Shown one piece after another: positions 56,624-64,000 of a stretch of 64,000 bases of DNA (position 1 is its first letter; each line of letters starts with the position of its first letter). The stretch comes from Eledone cirrhosa (lineage: Eukaryota): the NCBI GenBank assembly GCA_964016885.1, contig OZ024761.1, positions 29,512,001 through 29,576,000 on the forward strand, read 5' to 3'. The position numbers and the translations under genes were made by a program. Below the pieces are notes generated by a model. That model saw only the letters and a program-made list of their open reading frames with translations, did not search any database and was not told where the DNA came from.

Positions 56624-57474
56624 CATGAAGACATGATATGAAGGTTAAAAAACACTTGTGGATAGTTCAGTTTTAAATCAACATATGAGAAGTAGTTTTA
56701 GATTGATGTGTGATATTGGGAAAAATATTTTATTTAGAGGGGGGGGGGATGAAAAAGAGGAGGAGATGAGAGTAAAAAGTGGAGAGGGAGGAGTATAATG
56801 AGGAAGGATGAGATAGGAGGAGAGATGGGTGATAGATAGAGAGAGATAGCTTTTATAACTGAGAAAGATATATTGTTTTACATAGAGAGGTTGAAAACCG
56901 TTGGAAGATAATGAATAAATTAAAAGAATTTGAAAATTAACGAAGAGAAAAATAATGTAAAGTTAAGGCTTGTATATTGAGGGGTTTGATAATATGTGCG
57001 ATGAAAAAAGAAAATGTTAATATGTAATGAGAATAATGTTTAAGGGTTTAATAATATGTGCGATGTTAAGAAGATGTTGATATGTATTATTAAAAGGAAC
57101 AACAGGTTATTTAAGTAAGGAAATATTGTGAGATGAATGAGTTAGATGAAAGGGAGAAAAGAATAATGAATTGAGGATGAATAATCTAACGTCAAAAAAA
57201 TATATATGTTTACGAAGGATTTTTACAAGGTGATATAGAGTAAGAATGTATTGTATTATGTAATAATTGATTCTATGTTAGGCAAGAGTGAGAAAAGGTA
57301 CAGATTAGGGGTTAGACATTAAAAGAAGAAGAGAAGAATGATTAACAAGTATTATAGAATGTATAATAACCTTTGAAATAAGGTAGAAAGATGGGTATAT
57401 TTTTCAAAGAAGTGTATATATATATATATATGTGCCTTTGAGAAAAAGATTCTAAATTGATAAAGAATTGAATA

Positions 57475-58245
57475 TTAGCTGTATACTTTGTGAAATGTTT
57501 TATGGAATTTATGCAAGCAGATAGAAAACAAGTCAGTGCATCTATTTATTATAGAATCTAAATTAGAAATAATGGTAAATTTTTCATTTAGGCAGAGATT
57601 GCAAATTTTGGATAGAGAACTGTTCAAGTATGAGGATGCAGAAGAAACCTTCTTCCAAAAAATGCTATATTTAATATTTTTGTCTTTCAAGGACCATATG
57701 AGTTCTGAGAGAGCCGTGTTGGTTCTTTTAAGTTTGTATTTAAAAGATGAATGATGGTTATAAAGACGAGCTTTAAAAGAGGTGGAAGTGGAGCCAAAAT
57801 AGGTGAAGGAATTGGTGACAGTTATAACTTTACATTCGTAAATTAAGTTTTTATCAAGACAATGGTTGTTGAGAGGACATTTATTTTTAATAGGGCAATT
57901 GCAATTGCGATTAGAGAGATTATTAATGAGTGACCTAGTGTTATCTATAGAAGGAATTGGATTGGAGAAGTTATTTGCGATAGGAATAATAGTTTCTTGA
58001 TTTAGAATGGGATTAAGAACATTTAGCGAAGTTGTGTTTGACGTTGTATTTGGGTTTGTAGAAATTAGCCTAGGGTTTACAATGACGTCGGGAGTACTAT
58101 TATTATGATATTCAGTGTTGGAAGGAAGAGATTTAGTATTTAGTATTTTATTGTTGTGTTTAGAGATAATGTTGGAAATGTTGGAGGATGTAGAATAGGA
58201 AAATGTTATACAAACTGTAGAGTGCTTATTATCCGATATCTGCAT
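57475..58245 (-). CDS. Naiad linker plus GIY-YIG endonuclease domain (transposon ORF remnant)
   Basis: FSYSTSSNISNIISKHNNKIL, CNCPIKNKCPLNNHC, LIYECKV...YFGST..FKARLYNH, TALSELIWSLK, CNLCLNEK. Stop-free over 256 aa. Confidence 0.8.
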   Translation of the reverse strand: MQISDNKHSTVCITFSYSTSSNISNIISKHNNKILNTKSLPSNTEYHNNSTPDVIVNPRLISTNPNTTSNTTSLNVLNPILNQETIIPIANNFSNPIPSIDNTRSLINNLSNRNCNCPIKNKCPLNNHCLDKNLIYECKVITVTNSFTYFGSTSTSFKARLYNHHSSFKYKLKRTNTALSELIWSLKDKNIKYSIFWKKVSSASSYLNSSLSKICNLCLNEKFTIISNLDSIINRCTDLFSICLHKFHKTFHKVYS

Positions 58246-58280
58246 TGCTTTATTGTACTACAATAAAACTCACCTCCTAC

Positions 58281-58316
<36 letters not shown>

Positions 58317-58504
58317 TTATGTGTGTGTGTATGTGCATAAGTGCATATGAGTGTGCATGTATGCATATTTGTTTTTGTATGTATGTATGTTTTTGTATGT
58401 GTGTGCACAGGCAAGTGTGCATGTTCACACACATACACTCGTACATACACTCATACACATACATATGTACACACATACACATATACATACACATGTGCAT
58501 ATAT

Positions 58505-58910
58505 TCCCGATTCAAAAATAACCCAACCCCAACATTCTGATTCAAAACTAACCCAACCCCGACTTCCTGATTCAAAAGTAACCTAACCCAAACATCCCAA
58601 TTCAAAAATGGCCCGAGCCCAAATTTCTGATTCAAAAATTACCCAATGCCAACATCCTGATTAAAAAATGACACAAGCTCAAATTTCTGATTCAAAAATG
58701 ATCCAAGCCCAAATTCCTGATTCAAAAAAGGACCAAAGCTCAAATTACTGATTCAAAAATGACCCAAGCTCAAATTCATGGTTCAAAAATGACCCAAGCT
58801 CAAATTCCTGATTCAAAAAAGACTCAAGCCCAAATTCCTGATTCAAAAAATGACCCAAGCCCAAATTCCTGATTCAAAAATGACCCAATGCCAACATCCT
58901 GATTCAAAAC
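58505..58910. repeat. ~30-bp minisatellite (CTGATTCAAAAATGACCCAAGCCCAAATTC)
   Basis: About 13 tandem copies. Confidence 0.92.
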
Positions 58911-59429
58911 AAGCAGACTACTGAAAGTCAGCAATATCTCTCCTGAAGGCTGGGAAATATAAGTTAAGGATCACAAAATTTAAGATCAGATCATCTGCAA
59001 AGATATCAAGCATGCAAAGAGAAGACAAGATGTCAGCTTGTGGCAGGCAATTTCCACCACCCAGATAGATAGTGCCCCTAAGACTCCATAGGAAGTTAAG
59101 TAGTCATACATCCTGCATCTACAATTTCTGTCAGTTCATCCACTAACCTTTTATACATTTTTGTCAAGCTTCATTATAGATTAAAAGACATGACAAATAT
59201 ATTTAATGCACTTTAATGTGAGGTTGGAACTGAGATGGCACCAAAGAAAGACAACACAGCAGATGACTGCACCAACACCACACCAGACCAATACACCATG
59301 TCAGACCACCACCACCACCATACCAATACAACACTCTAGCACCACACCTAACCTCCACAAAGAAGCAGTTAAATCTAACACATTTCTTCTGTGCCATTTC
59401 ACAACACATAATCTAATCTTTAATTTATA

Positions 59430-59461
<32 letters not shown>

Positions 59462-59697
59462 CATACACATACATACAAACATAAATAGATACATACAAAC
59501 CCACATACATAGATAAATAAAAACACACACATATACATACATAAACATACGTTCATAGATGCACACTCAAACAAAACAACATTATTACAACTTTCCCCAC
59601 ATGTTACAATAACCCTCGCCATAATTTTTTCTCCTTTAGTCATCTTCAGTCTTCTTCCTCATTCTGTCCTTTTTCATCTCCCCTCACTCACCTTCAT

Positions 59698-59896
59698 TAT
59701 ATATATATATGTGCATATATATGCATACATATATATATGCATGTATATATACGCATATATATATATATGTGTGTGTATATATATATATATGTGTGTGTAT
59801 ATATATATATGTGTGTGTGTATATATATATATATGTGTGTGTGTGTATATATATATATATGTGTGTATATATATATATATATATGTGTGTGTGTGA

Positions 59897-59928
<32 letters not shown>

Positions 59929-60017
59929 ATATATATATATGAGTGTGTGTGTGTATATATATATATATGAGTGTGTGTATATATATATGTGTGTGTGTGT
60001 ATATATATATATGTGTG

Positions 60018-60068
<51 letters not shown>

Positions 60069-60073
60069 GTGTG

Positions 60074-60122
<49 letters not shown>

Positions 60123-60173
60123 GTGTGTGTGTATATATATATATGAGTGTGTGTATATATATATGTGTGTGCG

Positions 60174-60212
<39 letters not shown>

Positions 60213-60367
60213 ATATATATATATGTATATATATAAAGTTGTCAGTTTTTTCATGTATTTTATTTATTGGCAAAGGTTTTAAAACTATAATCTATTTAAC
60301 CATCCAACCATTATCCTATCTCTCAGTATCCATCATACATCAGCAGTAAAACTTAAGATGCATGCAG

Positions 60368-60448
<81 letters not shown>

Positions 60449-60553
60449 TATACACACACATATATATATATATATACATATATACACACACATATGTATA
60501 CATATATACACACATGCATATACACACACACACACATATATACATACATATGT

Positions 60554-60588
<35 letters not shown>

Positions 60589-60729
60589 CAAAGATATATA
60601 CATATATATATATATATAGTCATATATATACACACATATATATATATATACGCACACACATACATACACACATGCATGCACGCATACACACACGCACACA
60701 CACACACACACACATATAAATATATATAC

Positions 60730-60766
<37 letters not shown>

Positions 60767-60840
60767 CATATACAAATATATACAGATATCGACACACATG
60801 CAAAAACACATATATTCCCACACACATATATATGCATACT

Positions 60841-60901
<61 letters not shown>

Positions 60902-61111
60902 TATATATGTATGTTTGTGTGTATGTGTATGCAGAAGTAGGTGCTTTTACATTCATATTACTTTATACTCATGCCCATACTCATATGTTCACACCTCACT
61001 AAATTCCTTCTAAATTTCTTTTATAAAGCACCATGTCCTTTTACTTTTTGCCCACATCTCCCATATACACCATACCAGAACCACCACCACTCTGGAAAAC
61101 TCAATTCATGT

Positions 61112-61143
<32 letters not shown>

Positions 61144-61229
61144 GATATCATCATCATCAAAGTTTAACATCATACACACAGATATATATATATATTCATA
61201 TGTATACATTCATATATACACACACACAC

Positions 61230-61284
<55 letters not shown>

Positions 61285-61401
61285 TCATACACACACAAGA
61301 GTTTTGTGTGTGTATGATGTCTGTATGGGTGTGTATATATATATAATATATCTGTGTGTGTGTGTGTGTGTATATACATATATATATTTGTATGTATATA
61401 C

Positions 61402-61479
<78 letters not shown>

Positions 61480-61700
61480 CATCATCATCGTTTAACGTCC
61501 ATCTTCCATGCTTATATATATATATACATTTATTAATTTATATACACATATATATATACATATATATACACATATATATATACATATATATATATACATA
61601 TATATATACATATATATATATACACACAAATATATATATACACACACACAGATATATTATATATATATATACACCCATACACACATCACACACACACACA
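59698..61700. repeat. (TA)n/(TG)n/(CA)n microsatellite field
   Basis: Direct inspection. Confidence 0.93.
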
Positions 61701-61840
61701 AGAGTTTTGTTGAACTCTTTCCAGCACTTAACTCAGTATTTAAGGTAAAATATTCCATCCCTTCCTAGCAATCATTGTGATAACAACAACTATAACAAAT
61801 ATGCATATATACATGTATATATATATATACATATATATAC

Positions 61841-62010
61841 ACACTGTAAATGTGGTTGGTGTTAGGAAGGGCATCCAGCCGTAGAAAACCCGCCAGACAG
61901 TCCTATACAAGCAGGACAACAAATCTTGCCTCAAGTGGGAAAACTCCCGTCCAAACCCATGCAAGCGTAGAAGATGGACGTTAAACGATGATGATGATGA
62001 TGATGATGAT
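61841..62010 (+). mobile_element. RTE-tailed SINE/3'UTR fragment
   Basis: CACTGTAAATGTGGTTGGTGTTAGGAAGGGCATCCAGCCGTAGAAA...CCCATGCAAGCGTAGAAGATGGACGTTAAACG(ATG)n. Confidence 0.78.
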
Positions 62011-62469
62011 ACACACACATATATATGCACACATGTATATATATATATATATACATACACAAACACACATATGCATACACGCATACATTTTTTAAAAAGG
62101 TACATATATGCACATACATACATACATACATACACACATAAACGCATATATACACACATATGTAGTACATACATACATACATACAAGCATGCAAGCCTAT
62201 ATACATACATACATACATACATAAATACGTTTATACTTCTCAGTCTCTTCTAGGGGAAAAAAAAGTGTTTTGACTTGGAAAGGAGATGTGCACCAATAGA
62301 TTTTAAATGCTCATGTCACAACAGCACCCCTATGACTCCATCAAGAGTTATAGAACTATATATACTTACAAAATATTTAGGTAAACATAGAAGGGATTTA
62401 ATTACAAATCTGTTTGGTTCTTAGCAAACCTTTTTGTGACAAAAAACTGGTTTCTTATTTTTACATAAT

Positions 62470-62800
62470 GGAGGCACATGGCTTAGTGGTTAGAGCATTG
62501 GCCTTGCAATCGAAAGGTTGTGAGTTCAATTCTCAGACTGGGTGATGTGTTGTTTCCTTGAGCAAGACACTTTATTTCACATTGCTCCAGTTTACTCAGC
62601 TGCAGAAATGAGATGATAGGGACTGGGGTCCATATCATTCCACTGCAAAGTGGTCGTGGAGGTGCCATGGCAAAAAAGCACCCAGCACTCACTGTAAATG
62701 AGGTTGGTGTTAGGAAGGGCATTCAGCTGTAGAAATCAAGCCAGAATCAGTTCCTGTCCCACCCTTGCAAGCAGGGAAAAAGCAGACGTAAAATGAAATG
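62470..62800 (+). mobile_element. SINE family B, full length
   Basis: GGAGGCACATGGCTTAGTGG head through to the RTE tail. Confidence 0.92.
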
Positions 62801-63896
62801 GAAATGGAACGGTATTATCCCACCTACGCATGTATATGTATTTATGTATATTAATATGTATACAGGTATGAAATACCACAGCATTTATAAAGTATTGTAT
62901 TTAATTCCAAGCATATCTTCATTTCAAGATATAACATATGTGCAGATATAATGACCAAAATCATCTCTGGGCCCTTCTTTTTTTTCTATATACAGGAGTA
63001 ATCTACCTGATTTTCTCAGCTATTATCTATAGTGTTTGACTGTTATTACAGTTACCTTAAGCAACCCATGTCAGAGAAATATTCTACCCTCATAACACAC
63101 CAAAGTTAAGTTACAGCAGAGTGTGCACCAACAATTGCATGCAATGCAATGCAAAACACAATAGTAAACACCAGATGGCAGCACTGATTCTACTTATTTG
63201 TACTTCTACTGCCAACAACACTTCCTTATTACCTCTAACGCTTGCAATAATCTATAAGCATGACATAATTTATCTCCATTCTCCTCTCAACTTAACCTTC
63301 TGGGTGCTGTAGGCACCTTATGTTGCCGATAGAGTAAGCTCCCCTTAATATATAATGCAGTGTCAAGGGAAGAAATTCATGAAAATATTCATCATGACGC
63401 GTTTGTGTATGTGTGCGTGTGTATGTGTATGTGCATACATTTATATCTATGAGTATATAAATATAAACGCGCCTACAAAAATACACACTCACAGACATAC
63501 ATTCACACAAATACACATACATTCACACAAACACACACAATCATTCACACAAACACATATATACATACATTTACACAAAAACATACATACACTCACGCAC
63601 AGTGTAGCAAATGGAACGCCAGTCGGTGTTTTGCTATAGTTTTTTTCACCATCCCCTTCCTTCCACATCATGTGACAGACGGACGGAAGTCACTCAAATT
63701 TATATGTAGAGAGATTTTCTTTACATTTTCAAATTTACATTATTCATTTTGCTTTATAAAGTAACAGCACAGCATTTTAATTCAATGAGAGAGGTAAAGA
63801 AGTCATTTAAAATCTCAGATAAGCAGACGAGAAGCAGCCAATTAAATTTACAACAATAAAATCACAAGAAGTGTGACTGATAATCAAGTTACTTAC

Positions 63897-63956
63897 AGTG
63901 TTTGTTTTCATATGACAAGCGGAGAGGCAGCGGTAGATATGGAGGTCGATTTTAAT
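63897..63956 (-). other. candidate 60-nt host-gene exon
   Basis: Minus strand: ttggttttgtttcttttatAG|ATTAAAATCGAC...AACAAACACT|GTAAGT. The only open frame is IKIDLHIYRCLSACHMKTNT. It lies in non-repetitive sequence. Confidence 0.6.
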
Positions 63957-64000
63957 CTATAAAAGAAACAAAACCAATAAAAGAATTAAAGAATGTAAAA

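Larger units (their letters stand above)
56242..58281 (-). mobile_element. Penelope-like element (Naiad type), 5'-truncated, with an inverted pLTR fragment
   Basis: GIY-YIG ORF. ~71-bp inverted terminal segments (56242-56312 vs 58211-58281), a tandem pLTR duplication with two hammerheads, and (TA)n flanks. Confidence 0.9.

Noticed and set aside
56242-58281. DNA transposon with 70-bp TIRs
   Set aside because: It encodes a Penelope-type GIY-YIG domain, not a transposase. The inverted ends are better explained as an inverted pLTR fragment.
62470-62545. tRNA gene
   Set aside because: The A/B boxes belong to SINE heads that continue into CORE-like and tail domains, and there is no proper acceptor stem.

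Overview
AT-rich animal genomic DNA dominated by microsatellites and transposon debris. The repeat content resembles octopod cephalopod genomes, which is an inference from recognition and not from a search. No intact host CDS is visible, and nearly all ORFs in the track are artefacts of (TA)n/(CA)n/(GAT)n/(GGAA)n repeats. Supported elements are two tRNA-derived SINE families (CORE-like with an RTE tail, and Meta-like), decayed RTE LINEs, a 5'-truncated L1/Tx1-type LINE, two Penelope-like GIY-YIG elements of Naiad type (CxCx5Cx5C linker), piggyBac-, mariner- and pogo-like MITEs, and several minisatellites. The most striking signal is a dense set of at least nine minimal type-I hammerhead-ribozyme motifs in Penelope-like pseudo-LTRs. 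These include a tandem pair 186 nt apart and two ORF-less ~400-450 bp palindromes carrying one hammerhead on each strand, all next to (TA)n tracts. Splice signals on the minus strand suggest the window is mostly giant intron of a minus-strand gene. They are a 60-nt exon at 63897-63956, a 22-nt micro-exon at 18447-18468, and an AG|GTAAGT recursive-splice-like site at 18185/18186.
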